A DNA stretch of 64,000 nucleotides, from assembly GCA_964016885.1 (NCBI GenBank), contig OZ024748.1, positions 60,140,001-60,204,000 on the forward strand, read 5' to 3'. The position numbers and the translations under genes are program-made. The notes under the pieces are model-generated. The model saw nothing but the letters and a program-made list of their open reading frames with translations, was not told where the DNA came from and ran no database searches. This stretch comes from Eledone cirrhosa (lineage: Eukaryota). Shown here piece after piece: positions 1 to 17,068 of the stretch (the first letter of the stretch is position 1; each line of letters starts with the position of its first letter).

Positions 1-74
1 CAAATGCATATATATATATATGTATATATATATGTATATATATATATATATATATAAATACCTATACATACATT

Positions 75-121
<47 letters not shown>

Positions 122-174
122 GCATTTATATATGTATATGTATAATATATATACATCCATACATATATACATAC

Positions 175-261
<87 letters not shown>

Positions 262-271
262 TATATAATAT

Positions 272-1199
272 AGTGAAAACTGGAACGGGAACAGAAACAG
301 AGAGCCAGTACAAACACAGGTTTATTAGTTTCACGCTTTTGAGAGTGGTGGTCGGGGGGGCGACGTTTCGGGTATAAACCCTTCTTCGGGAGAAAAGTGG
401 GTGGGAAGAGAGTTCCTAGGTTGTGTGGGGGAGTGGTGGAAGGGGTACAAATAAAAATAAATGTAAACATAAAGATCAACAAGTGGTTGAAGGTTGTGGG
501 GCGTATAGGGGTGGTGGCGGGTGGAGTAGGGAGAGGGAGGCGGGGGGTCCGATCGGGGAGGGCTGAAGGTGGTTTTTGTGTATGTTTGTAGGTGTACGTG
601 TTGTGTGTGTGTGTGTATGTGAGAGTTGGGGGTAGAACGAGTTCCATGTTCAGGAAAAGGTGTGTGTGTGGTGTGTAGATCGGTGTGTGCATGCGTGTGG
701 ATGGGGAGGTTTCAGATGGGTGGGGAGGGGTGGGGGAGGAATCCTGAGGTTGAGTGTGTGTATATGTGGGGGTACGCACGTGTGTGTTGGTGTTTATATG
801 TGGTGTGGATGTAGGTGGCGTGGTTCGAAAAAAATTGTGAGTGTATGTCCGTGGGTAAGTTCCTAAGATAGTTACGGGGAGTGTGCGATGAGTGGCCGGA
901 TATTATTCATGTTATGGAGTGGATAGCTAGAACGATGACCGGTGGTGTTTAATCCGTTGGTTGTGGTGGTCGGAAGTAGGGAGCTGTGGGGTGCGTATGC
1001 AACAGGAAGTGGTCAGAGGGTCAAGGCAGGATGAAGGTATAGCAGTAGAGGAGAATGACAGGTGGAGAAAGTCAGTGTGCGGTGAGGACTGTGTGTCTGT
1101 GTGTGCGGATTGCGATGGACAGGGGAGAGGATGGGTTGTTGTTGAAAGTTGGAGTGTGGAGGGTTCATATGGGGGGGATGGGCTGTGTATTAGTAGAAT
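272..1199 (-). mobile_element. PLE-like 3' fragment in (TA)n with variant hammerhead
   Basis: Unique island flanked by TA tracts; minus strand CCGAAGA-agggtttataccc-GAAA-cg-TC at 362-389, then AATAAA near 321-326. Confidence 0.6.
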
Positions 1200-3813
<2,614 letters not shown>

Positions 3814-3831
3814 ATATATATATACACGTAT

Positions 3832-3998
3832 ATTGTCGAAGGAAAAAACAAAACATGGGTACAAAGAGATTTATTAGTTTCAGGCTTTATATGGAAAAAG
3901 GGAAAGAAAGTTCAACGCCTCAGGTTTTAGCCCTTCTTTTCGGGAGTACAAAATAAAGACAGGATCTGCCTATACAGAAAATAATTTGTAGTCCATGT
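3832..3998 (-). mobile_element. Degenerate relative of the 272-1199 element
   Basis: Shares tttattagtttca.gcttt and cccttct..tcggga motifs with 321-391. Confidence 0.55.
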
Positions 3999-4012
3999 AA
4001 AAGAAAAAAAAA

Positions 4013-4058
<46 letters not shown>

Positions 4059-4098
4059 GTTCAATTATATATTTATATATATACATATTATACATACA

Positions 4099-4161
<63 letters not shown>

Positions 4162-4266
4162 GAATATGATATAGAGATTGCATTGATCCAAGACAATATA
4201 TCTAACTCTTCTCTTATGCTTGGTTTCTAATGTTACGCCGGGGTCACGTTGTACTGGCATTATATT

Positions 4267-4456
4267 GGCGGTGGATTGGCAGTATCGGTAGAGGCTCGGA
4301 CGCCATGCTTTGACGCATTGAGTTACGGCCCTTGCCATTCTGAGTTCAAATCCCGCCGAGGTTAACTTTGCCTTTCATCCTTACGGGGTCGATAAAATAA
4401 AGTACCAGTAATACACTGGGTCATTGCTGGCCTTGTACCAAAAGTAGAAACAATTA
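4267..4456 (+). mobile_element. tRNA-derived SINE, family S1 (Nin/Deu-like central domain)
   Basis: A box tggcagtatcgg, B box gagttcaaatcc, core ttcatccttacggggtcgataaaataaagtacc; many copies in window. Confidence 0.9.
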
Positions 4457-5593
4457 TATTAAATTAATCTGGTTGCGAGAAAACATTTCTCTAATTACAC
4501 AAATAATTAGATCGTTTCTTTATACTCAATATTTGTTCGTTGTATTACTACTAAGGTCTAATAATTAATTTTTTTTCACAATTACTAGTATTTAATTACA
4601 TGAAAACAACTTGCTAAATATTTATACATTTAGAGAATATGACCCGCCCTAAAACAAACTATTGACTGTGTTCTCTGATCGAAGATATTACTATAATTAA
4701 TTTCTAGGAATTGAAAAACAATTATTTTATAAAGAAAACAAAGAAAAAACCAAAAGATAAAAAAAATCGATCTTGAGACTTTGTTATATTTTTTATGGAA
4801 TATTTGGCGTTATTGAGAACATGTTATTTGAGAATCTATTACGTATTCTAAATTGCTGTGAAATCTCTTCAGCGTTTAACCGGATCATTTCTAATGGTTT
4901 AGAATAAACAGAATCCCGATAGAGCTGACCTCCTCTATAGAACATGAATATCTAGTATTATGGCAACGAACAAATCATTTCTTTTGACCTATATATTCAT
5001 AAGTGATTAATAAATTATGGAGATTTCTTTTGTAAGAAGTGTTTAGCAAATAACTACGTGAGTAGTGGCATATTTTCTTCTTCTTTCCGATAACAACGCC
5101 ATCTTGCACTTTAGTGCTTTTAGCAGAGTTAAATATGTTGAAAAGATTCAGGCCAATGTTTGGAGTAAGCAAAATGTTTCCCATTTCTCTCTTTTACCAG
5201 CTAATTTTAAAGGATACTGCCCATATACATCTTATTTTATATCGAATGGTGTCTATTCTAAAGGCAGTACTAAAATTTCCATATACATCAAATTACAAAT
5301 ACGACGAGGAATATAAAGGACGTTTAGAGTCAAAAATAGGAAAGCTGGTTTCAAAACCTAATATTCTGCGTTGAAATAGCAAAGCTTTATCTATGTAGGG
5401 TCCTACGACTCGTGAGGAAGTGGTTGGTACGCTGTATTATCATATAGCGTTACAAGGGCATTTTAAAACCCGATGGAGCCCATCTCTTCTCAAAGTACTG
5501 CAGATGTTTTGTCCAGAGAAAGATAGACAGTGAGGATAGTGGAAATGATAAAGTGATAAAGAGATAGAGGAAAAAATTCGACCCTAAAGCTTG

Positions 5594-5646
5594 ACTGGTA
5601 CTTTTTTTATCGACCTCGAAAGCAGGAAAAGAAAAGTTGACCTCGG
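5594..5646 (-). mobile_element. S1 SINE core fragment
   Basis: actggtactttttttatcgacctcg..gttgacctcgg matches reverse complement of S1 core. Confidence 0.6.
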
Positions 5647-6304
5647 AGAGAAGATAGCTAAAAAGAATACCACGAGGAATCATATACGATGCTCTAACCA
5701 TCTCTATGAATTTGCTGCCTATAATGTTTTAGAACTAAGCCAAATATACCAAATCTTCTCAGAATGTAGATCATTCTTCTAGTTTAAAGTTCCACAAATA
5801 GAAATATTATCCTGCTTGCTTTGATTTTATCTAAAACTGTAACATTTCTTTATTAAATACCGCACAAAGATGCTGACACAATTTCCTTCCCTACAGAATT
5901 ATAGAAAAATTGTTGACCATTATACGTATATATAATTTTCCCTCGATAATTCTAGGATTGTAAGATTGTGCCAGTAACACATAAGAAAGTAAAACGTACA
6001 TTGTCACAAATATCTTATTTTGGATATATAGTGTTATTATAAATATGTTATTGATTACATATAAATAGAATCTATATCAAGTTATCAGGGTTGATATTTC
6101 TTTTAATATTTGCAGGGAATACAAGCATACATACACACAATTATAAACATATACATTTTTGTGTACATACACACACATACATATATATGTATATACATAT
6201 ATGCATGTGTGTGTATGTACAGAAATATGTATGTATGTTATATATATATATATATATATATAATAAAACATGTCTATAGAATCACCAGTATATATATATC
6301 ATAC

Positions 6305-6390
<86 letters not shown>

Positions 6391-6485
6391 TTATACTTTT
6401 CTAATCATTATTGTTTTGAATGTGTTGCATTTCACTTTTACACACACACTCTCTCTCTTTATGTATATATATATATATGTATGTT

Positions 6486-6516
<31 letters not shown>

Positions 6517-7148
6517 ATGTATGTGTGTTTGTTTGTGTGTGATTGTTTATCTGTGGTTGTTTGTTTGTGTGCGTATTTTTATCATATTTATAGCATCCTT
6601 CTATCTCTAAAGTAAGTAATCTGTGACAAAGCACGTTTTAGCTTTATGCATGTTAATAGCACATTTTATAGAATGCTAAAATTATTCTGAGAAAATAATA
6701 AATCATTATTATTATAAACAAAAATATTAAATTTTCTATAATTTTGTAAATAATGAAATTATGGCGGCATTAATTTTCAGTGTTTATTAATTTTCAGTGT
6801 TTATTACAATTTTACAAGAAAAACAAATCGGCCAAAACGATGCTTCTGTTTGTGAAATGATAAACAAGAAGATTGGTATATATTCTTGGAGATATTGGTA
6901 AATTTAGATTAAACAGAAAATGTGTTTCTATTTCTATAACAGACTTGTATTTAATTGTTGGTGGTATTTTTTATTTTAGAAACAGTTATATATATTATTA
7001 ATATTATTGTTTTTGTTGGTGGTGGTGGTGATGTCGTGGTGGTGTCGGTGTTGTCGTCATCACCATCATCATCTCAGACGAGTGTGCGTGATGTTTGAGT
7101 ACCCGCATGCATACGTCATACACAGAGGCAATTAAACACCGTATATGC

Positions 7149-7188
<40 letters not shown>

Positions 7189-7255
7189 ATATTTATATAT
7201 GATATATATATATATGATATATATATATATATATGATATATATATATATATATAT

Positions 7256-7294
<39 letters not shown>

Positions 7295-7379
7295 TATATA
7301 TATATATATCATATATATATATATATCATATATATATATATATATATATATATCATATATATATATATATATATATATA

Positions 7380-7418
<39 letters not shown>

Positions 7419-7463
7419 ATATATATATATATATGATATATATATATATATATACTCACCTCC

Positions 7464-7509
<46 letters not shown>

Positions 7510-7544
7510 ATATATATATATTTATATATATATATATATATATA

Positions 7545-7611
<67 letters not shown>

Positions 7612-8567
7612 AATATGCATACATATGTATTTGTGTGTATATATATGTACGCATATATATGCTTATATATATATATATATATAATATATATTCATATGCA
7701 TGCTTGTATGTGTGTGTATGTATACGTACACACATAATTACGCCCCCACACAAGCACATATATATATATAAATATATATATACCTATATATATTTATATA
7801 TATATTTATATACATTTATTCTCAGCCGTATCACATGTTATCTTCTTTGTCGTTCAGATTCTACTCTTCCATTCCATACCATTCCATTCAATATCCACAC
7901 AATTTAATTGGCATAATATCTTAACATCACGTCACTTGAGTAGGTAGACATGGCTCACCTCTGCTCTAGAAATCACAATATAATACCATGTAGCAATAGT
8001 ATAAAATAACAAGACACCAGGTCTCAGATAGACATTCATTTTATATTAACAAAGCCTCTTATTATATTTGCCTTCCTTTTATTCTTCAAGTTTTATTCAA
8101 TTTCAAAATATATCGTTTCCATATACCATATATAATAGGTGCTCGTATTGCTTCTATGTGTGATATCAGAGGATATTGTATGATTGTGTGATAACCTATG
8201 TTGTTTGTGTTGTTATTGTTATGTTTCGTTTTATGAGAATAAAAATGTATGCGACATACCACACACTATCCACAGAATGCCGTATATGTATCCCCCCCCC
8301 CACACATATATATAAATATGTATATATATATATATATATACATATATATACATATACATAAATATATATAAATGTATATACATATACATAAATATATATA
8401 AATATATATACATATACATAGATATATATATACATAAATATATATAAATATATATACATATATATATATACATAAATATATATAAATATATATACATATA
8501 CATAAATATATATAAATATATATACATATACATAGATATATATATATAAATATATATTATAAATATA

Positions 8568-8619
8568 CATCCCGTTAAGGGTGAAAGCATCGATTCTTTG
8601 CTTAAACTTTAATCTGTTA

Positions 8620-8625
<6 letters not shown>
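8568..8625 (+). mobile_element. 5'-truncated PLE end retaining 3' half of hammerhead
   Basis: t-ccc-gttaa-ggg-t-GAAA has the same geometry as the HHR at 37078; TA flanks. Confidence 0.5.
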
Positions 8626-8703
<78 letters not shown>

Positions 8704-8746
8704 TATATATGTATATATGTGTGGATTTATATATTCATATATATAC

Positions 8747-8789
<43 letters not shown>

Positions 8790-8817
8790 GTGTGGATCTA
8801 TATATTAATATATATAC

Positions 8818-8856
<39 letters not shown>

Positions 8857-8868
8857 TCATATATATAC

Positions 8869-8939
<71 letters not shown>

Positions 8940-8951
8940 TCATATATATAC

Positions 8952-8996
<45 letters not shown>

Positions 8997-9469
8997 GTGT
9001 GGATTTATATATTCATATATATACATATTATATATATATATATATATACATGTATATACGTGTGGATTTACATATACATATATACATACATACGTACACA
9101 CACACACATATATATATATATGCATACATACAAACATTTGAAAATATGAATACACACATATACACATTCACATATATAAAATAAATATGCTAGATCATTT
9201 TTTCAGTTTACAGTAAATAGCTCCTAACCTTTCGTTCTACCCACAAATAAGAAACTTTGATATAAAATGAAAAGAACACAAATTACATATAACAAAATAG
9301 AATAAAGTATAGCTGAATATTGATATTTTGATATGATTTGATTTCATATATGTATATATATGCCTGTGTGTATATATACATACACACATTTATATAAATA
9401 CGTATATTTATATATTTATTAATTTATTTATGCATACACACATATATATGTACACAAATATATATGTAC

Positions 9470-9519
<50 letters not shown>

Positions 9520-10247
9520 TTCATTACGACAGACAAATATTTTTTGCCATCTCTTTATATCGAAATATCAATCACATTTTTTATCCTGACATTTCCGAGT
9601 CAAACTGAACATTTCACTATCTCATTATACTGGACCAAATAGCGTTATTAATAGAAAATTTTAATGAATATTTCAATGTACGTGTGAGAACCAGGCTTCC
9701 TCTGTACACATGCACCTTATGAAGTGAAGCAGAATAGTGAAACACACTGACAAAATTACATAGCAGCAATACAAACAAACACTCGCACAATCACGCCTAC
9801 AAATACACTAACACGCTCATTCATATATACGTCATATATGTTAAAAAATCAAAAGGAAATTCGGAAATAAACTCAGCTGCGAGAAATAGATATAGATAAG
9901 AATGATATCGAAATATGAATATTTTTGTCACTATATCCTGATTAACTGTTTCAGTCCAACTTGATACTTTTAAAAAATGTCTTTCTAGAGTATAAACTCA
10001 GAAGCATATCATGTCGGAATGTATCCCGGTGTATTGTGGATGTAAGCGACTGAATACACCGCTCTTCTTTGCTGGAGGCGTTAATCCGTACCAAGGTTAC
10101 CTTCTCCTCTGCACTTCTGCTTGTACTTAGATTTTATGCTGAGTGGATATATCATATATTTTATTTTATCTATCTATTTTTCTACAGTTATATTTTCTAT
10201 AGTTATATTTTATTACGTCATGTAATTCTCTAACTACCCAGGATAAT

Positions 10248-10426
10248 AATTGTTTCTGCATTTGGCACAAGGCCAGCAATTAACCAGCACATTACTGGTA
10301 CTTTATTTTATCGAACCCGTAAGGATGAGTTAACCTCGGCGGGATTTGAACTCCGTCCGTAAAGGGACGCAACTTTGCAGCAAAGTATGGCGTCCGACCC
10401 TCCACTGATACTGCCAATCCACTACC
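10248..10426 (-). mobile_element. S1 SINE
   Basis: Reverse-complement match to 4267-4456 and 27105-27290. Confidence 0.88.
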
Positions 10427-10710
10427 CAAGATAATAATAAATTTATATCTTCTATTATACGAAAGACGATAAAGCACCAGTAACGTACTTGGGTCGATTT
10501 ACTTGACATTCCCTCCCAAAAATTGTTGACATCCCTCAATCAGAAGCCATTGCATAGAAATGTAATGTCTTTGCTTCTTACGAGATTCTAAACTAACACA
10601 TGGCACCGAAAGCTTGTCTTTCTATATAGCTTTTCATCATGTAGGAGATAACGACTCTCTATATCTTCTGGCAAATACTTTGTTCATTTGATATAAATTA
10701 TTTATGAGAC

Positions 10711-10860
10711 TTGGCAATATCGGTAGAGGGTTGGACGCCATGAGTTCTAGCATAGTTACGTCCCTTTACGGTCTGAGTTCCGATCCCGTCGAGGTCACTG
10801 TTGCATTTCATCCTTACAGGGTCGATAAAATAAAGTACCAGTCACGTACTGGGTTCGATT
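10711..10860 (+). mobile_element. S1 SINE (diverged)
   Basis: ttggcaatatcggtagaggg head and S1 core. Confidence 0.82.
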
Positions 10861-10881
10861 TAATATATATATATATATATA

Positions 10882-10955
<74 letters not shown>

Positions 10956-11000
10956 TATATATATATATATATATATATTCATATATATATTCATATATAT

Positions 11001-11214
11001 AGCGAAGGAAAAGTGGTAAGGAACCAGGTGGACCATAACGCACCAAAGTACTCAATACTTAGGGTAGTAGAGTGGGTAATAGGAGTAAGTAAGACCCCGA
11101 CGGCTGAGCTCAAGCCGTTTCGACGGCTAATTCTGTGCTGAATTAGCCGTCTAGCACAGAATTAGCCGTCGAAACGGCTTGAGCTCAGCCGTCGGGGTTT
11201 TACTTACTCCTATT
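11001..11214 (-). mobile_element. Family A fold-back PLE end (half-hammerhead palindrome)
   Basis: Inverted repeat 11078-11139/11153-11214; GAAA-cggct-tgagctc-agccg-TC on both strands; about 77-bp unpaired tail; TA flanks. Confidence 0.8.
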
Positions 11215-11309
11215 CATATATATATATATTCATATATATATATATATATATATTCATATATATATATATTCATATATATATATATATATATTCATATATA
11301 TATATATTC

Positions 11310-11344
<35 letters not shown>

Positions 11345-11416
11345 TATATATATATATATATATATATTCATATATATATATAAATATATATATTCATATA
11401 TATAAATATATGTATT

Positions 11417-11459
<43 letters not shown>

Positions 11460-11509
11460 CTATATATAAATATATGTATTCATATATATATATATATAAC
11501 TTTAACACC

Positions 11510-11561
<52 letters not shown>

Positions 11562-12025
11562 TATATATATATATATTCATATATATTCATATATATATAT
11601 ATATATTCATATATATATATATATTCATATATATTCATATATATATATATATTCATATATATATATATATTCATATATATATATATATTCCTATATATAT
11701 ATATATTCATATATATATATATATTCATATATATATATATATTCCTATATATATATATATATATTCATATATATATATATATATATATATTCATATTTAT
11801 ATATATATATTTCGTTTCTGAATTTGTTCAGCAAGATTCTTTATCTGAAATCGTGTGTTGAAACCGATATTGTTATACTTTGGGAGGGTCATGTTGCCAA
11901 TAAGAAACACACGCACCAGTTGCTTTCACTTCAATTTAATTTAATATATATTTATAAATTTACAAATTTATAAATTTCTGGTTGGTTGGTTGGTTCCACA
12001 ACCAGATAGTTGTTTATATATATAT

Positions 12026-12070
12026 AGTCATAGTTCTTTCGTCACACACTCTGTGACCTCTTCAGTGACT
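12026..12070 (-). ncRNA. Type I hammerhead ribozyme (family B)
   Basis: agtca-CTGAAGA-g-gtcaca-gagtg-tgtgac-GAAA-gaac-TA-tgact. Confidence 0.85.
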
Positions 12071-12128
12071 GGGGATTTCTTTCTTCGTTTCTGAAAGGAA
12101 AGGCACAGAAACGAAGAAAGAAATCCCC

Positions 12129-12173
12129 AGTCACTGAAGAGGTCACAGAGTGTGTGACGAAAGAACTATGACT
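12129..12173 (+). ncRNA. Type I hammerhead ribozyme (family B)
   Basis: agtca-CTGAAGA-g-gtcaca-gagtg-tgtgac-GAAA-gaac-TA-tgact. Confidence 0.85.
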
Positions 12174-12479
12174 ATATATATATAAACAACTATCTGGTTG
12201 TGGAACCAACCAACCAACCAGAAATTTATAAATTTGTAAATTTATAAATATATATTAAATTAAATTGAAGTGAAAGCAACTGGTGCGTGTGTTTCTTATT
12301 GGCAACATGACCCTCCCAAAGTATAACAATATATATATATTCATATATATATATATATATTCGTATATATATATTCATATATATATATATATTCATATAT
12401 ATGTATATATTCATATATATGTATATATTCATATATATATATATATTCATATATATGTATATATTCATATATATATTCA

Positions 12480-12574
<95 letters not shown>

Positions 12575-12629
12575 TATATCATATATATATATATATATAT
12601 ATATTCATATATATATATATATATATATA

Positions 12630-12663
<34 letters not shown>

Positions 12664-12951
12664 TATATATATATATATATATTCATATATATATATATAT
12701 ATATTCATATATATTCATATATATATATATATATATATTCATATATATATATATATATTCATATATATATATACATATATATTCATATATATATATATAT
12801 ATTCATATATATATATACATATATATTCATATATATATATATATATTCATATATATATATACATATATATTCATATATATATATATATATATTCATATAT
12901 ATTCATATATATTCATATATATATATATATATTCATATATATTCATATATA

Positions 12952-13004
<53 letters not shown>

Positions 13005-13064
13005 GTATATATATATATATTCATATATATATATATATATTTTAATATATATATATATATATAT

Positions 13065-13190
<126 letters not shown>

Positions 13191-13223
13191 TTACATATAT
13201 ATATATTTACATATATATATATT

Positions 13224-13296
<73 letters not shown>

Positions 13297-13529
13297 ATGC
13301 ATACACATGTAATACATGTATATGCCAGTATATATATGTGTGTATCAAATTTATAAGAAACATAATACACTTTTCGTCCAGTGTATAACCGAAATAAATC
13401 AATAAGACATAATAGAATGGTATTCTGGTTCAGTGATATTCTATTTTAGATTGGAATTAATGCAGAAATGAAGATAAGGTTAAGTGAAAAGATTACTTCT
13501 CTGATACTGTCATATGTCTATTTTGATAT

Positions 13530-13763
<234 letters not shown>

Positions 13764-13822
13764 GCATGTTTTTACTGTTTTGTTTTAATCGGTTCTAGTT
13801 TTTGTGCAGTTAATATGTGCTA

Positions 13823-13882
13823 GGTTCACTGATGATTGATGTCCGTTGATGTGAAAATTGATAATGTATCAATTCTACATGA
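13823..13882 (+). ncRNA. Candidate hammerhead with long helix III
   Basis: CTGATGA(13829)..GAAA-attgata-atg-tatcaat-TC; helix I and II weak. Confidence 0.45.
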
Positions 13883-13977
13883 TATAACCGATACGAAGAT
13901 ACAATTGGAAGCAGGTTTAACACACACACACACCCACACACAAACACACATTATATACATATGTATATATATATATG

Positions 13978-14023
<46 letters not shown>

Positions 14024-14112
14024 GAGAGATATGTAGATATATACCTATATATATATATGTATATGCGTATATATATATATATGTATATGCGTATATATAT
14101 ATATGTATATGC

Positions 14113-14152
<40 letters not shown>

Positions 14153-14663
14153 GCATATACATATATATATATACGCATATACATATATATATATGCATAT
14201 ATATATGTGTGTGATTGTGTGTGTGAGTGTGTGTGTATCAGCGTGTGTGAGTGTGTGTGTATGTTCAGATATTGTTCTTAACTCTGTCACTGTTTGTTAA
14301 TATGAACATAAATTCACACATTGTCATTATCCGACTATATCCGAATGCGACCATCTGATTTCTCACATATTTCAATGTGTAGAAAACATAACAATTATAT
14401 ATTTCAGTCTTACGATAGTCAGGTGATAGGTTCAGAGCCTGACCAAGATACTCTCACAGAATATCCAAATGAGGTTTATTTTTCAACAAAGACCGTGAAC
14501 ATCTGAAAAAAATATGCAGTTATCAATAAGAAGAGTTGAAATTAATGTATCCAATATTTCACAGATCTAGGAACACTTCTTCACAGTTATCCTATGAACG
14601 TTTATTAACCGCCTGTCGTCTATAAATTGAGATATGTTTATGTATATATATATTTTTTTAATA

Positions 14664-14780
14664 TCAAATCCCACCGAGTTTATCTTTGTTTTCCATCCTT
14701 ACGAGGTCGATAAAATAGAGTATCAGCAACACACTGGGTCATATTTAATCAACTTCCCCCTCTACCAAAATCGTGCCTAA
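14664..14780 (+). mobile_element. S1-like SINE fragment
   Basis: tcaaatcccaccgag..ttccatccttacgaggtcgataaaata. Confidence 0.7.
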
Positions 14781-15410
14781 ATCAATATGTTTATTTCTAG
14801 GTCGTTAAACATACACTAGCCCAATACTGGAGGTGGTTCTTCCTTTATATGTCTTTCCACCTTCTCTCTTTTACTCTCTTTCTCTTGAAGAAATCGTCCT
14901 TTGTCAGACCTGAAAAGGAATGGGATCGACCAGGTTTAAAATGCGCAGAACAGGCATGTACTCCTCCTTCAGTAATTACAAGCCATTATATACCTAATCA
15001 TAGTATACATAAATATATATACTCACAAATAAAGCGGACCTATTGTGTTCTTTTCTGTAGGAAGAATATCCTTTATGTAGTACATGTATATTGAGTTTAA
15101 TGACTCAACTAAACAGAGATGTGAAATGTCTAGTACGTAGCCCGAAACTCTATTCTGCTTTACTGCCACACAATTGATAACTTCATTAATTTGATTAAAA
15201 TAATTTATCAATATATTTCAAAACAGGAAGCGACTCTTGTTAATAATTCAATAATATTTTACATGATAATAGAATGAGAGAAATGATAGAAAAGAAAGGA
15301 AAACGAAGAAAATTGAAGAAAACTGAAGAAAAACGAAGAAGAATGTCATAAATCTCAATCATGGTAAAGTTATTAGATTGAAGAGATATGTCGCAACTGT
15401 CCAGTCTTAG

Positions 15411-15455
<45 letters not shown>

Positions 15456-15534
15456 CTATTTTATACATTTATATATTATATATACATATATTTTATACAT
15501 ACACACACATATATATATACACACACACACATAT

Positions 15535-15609
<75 letters not shown>

Positions 15610-15876
15610 TATATACACATATATATACATATATATATACACATAAATATACATATATATATACACATATATATACGCACACATATATATATAGACACAC
15701 ATACATACACACACATATATATATACACACATATACATACATACAAAAATAAATGCATATATATATATATATACATAAAAATTATATACATACATATATA
15801 TATATACATATATATATATACATAAAAATACATACGTATATATATACATAAAAAATAGATACATATATATATATAT

Positions 15877-16107
15877 CAAGTAAGTATGTTTTGAAACAGT
15901 GAGCAGGTTTGAAATTAGGAAATAGAATAGCTTTCACTGTATTTTTGACTAAAGGAATTTTAGCCTGATAATGGGGTCTAGAACCCTCAGATAAATGGAA
16001 AAAGATGAGCATTGACGTCAATACTCATCTTTTTCCATTTATCTGAGGGTTCTAAACCCCATTATCAGGCTAAAATTCCTTTAGTCAAAAATACGGTGAA
16101 AGCTATT
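15877..16107 (-). mobile_element. Fold-back element, loopless 91-bp-arm palindrome plus tail
   Basis: Inverted repeat 15926-16016/16017-16107 centred on tgacgtca; gt-GAAA-gc-TA at the outer ends; TA flanks. Confidence 0.75.
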
Positions 16108-16171
16108 ATATATATATATTTATAAAAAATACATACGTATGTATATACATATATATACATTAAAAATACAT

Positions 16172-16261
<90 letters not shown>

Positions 16262-16775
16262 CCAATCCTCATCTTTATTGAAATATGTATATCGTCATAT
16301 TTTTAGGTCTGTTATTAAAAAAAGACAGTTTTTGATTTGAGTACTCCTACAATAGAAATGTTGAGCTAGGAACTTTTCATTTTAATTGATCATTACAAAT
16401 GATTTCCTCCTCCAGGGATGGATACCAGTATTCATTTATCATTTTCCTTCTATCGTCTGCTATATTCTCTGAAATTTACCTCCGAAATTACTCCTATATT
16501 AACGCTGTTCATTCAATGAATATCTTTATCCTATCTATGAATATATTTTTAACTCTTTTATTGTTCAGTTATTTTTTTTCATTTTCTTAATATTCAAACA
16601 TTTTCAAAAGTATCTTTTAAAAATATATATTGATAACGAAACAGACAAGTTCCCCAATTACTTTAAGGAAGAATACAAAAAAACAAACACATAGAATATA
16701 TATATATATACCTATCTAACGTATCTAACACCATTATCTCTCTGTGTAGTTATATATAGCTTTATATATATATAG

Positions 16776-16811
<36 letters not shown>

Positions 16812-16814
<3 letters not shown>

Positions 16815-17009
16815 GGAGGAGTTGTGGTAGGGAACCAGATGGACCATAACGTACCAGAGTACTCAATACTTAGGGTAGTAGAGTGGGTAATAAGAGAAGG
16901 TATGACCTCGACGGCAGAACTCAAGCCGTTTCGACGGCTATTTCTGGACTGCCAGAAATAGCCGTCGAAACGGCTTGAGCTCTGCCGTCGGAGTCATACT
17001 TTCTCTTAT
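16812..17009 (-). mobile_element. Family A fold-back PLE end
   Basis: Inverted repeat 16890-16947/16952-17009; homologous to 11001-11214. Confidence 0.8.
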
Positions 17010-17068
17010 ATATATAGTATAAGAATAAGGGAACAATATGTCAGTGTTGCATCATAACATAGTTAATA

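Larger units (their letters stand above)
11810..12332. mobile_element. Family B PLE end with inverted pLTR (about 227-bp arms)
   Basis: Inverted repeat 11867-12093/12106-12332 plus tail 11810-11866; matches the 3' UTR of the GIY-YIG element at 49900-50906. Confidence 0.92.

Noticed and set aside
4267-4360. tRNA gene
   Set aside because: A/B boxes are the head of a multi-copy SINE; no complete cloverleaf
5380-5790. FIYVGS motif and short ORFs suggesting a GIY-YIG gene
   Set aside because: Immediate stop, no other endonuclease motifs; part of the region is a SINE fragment
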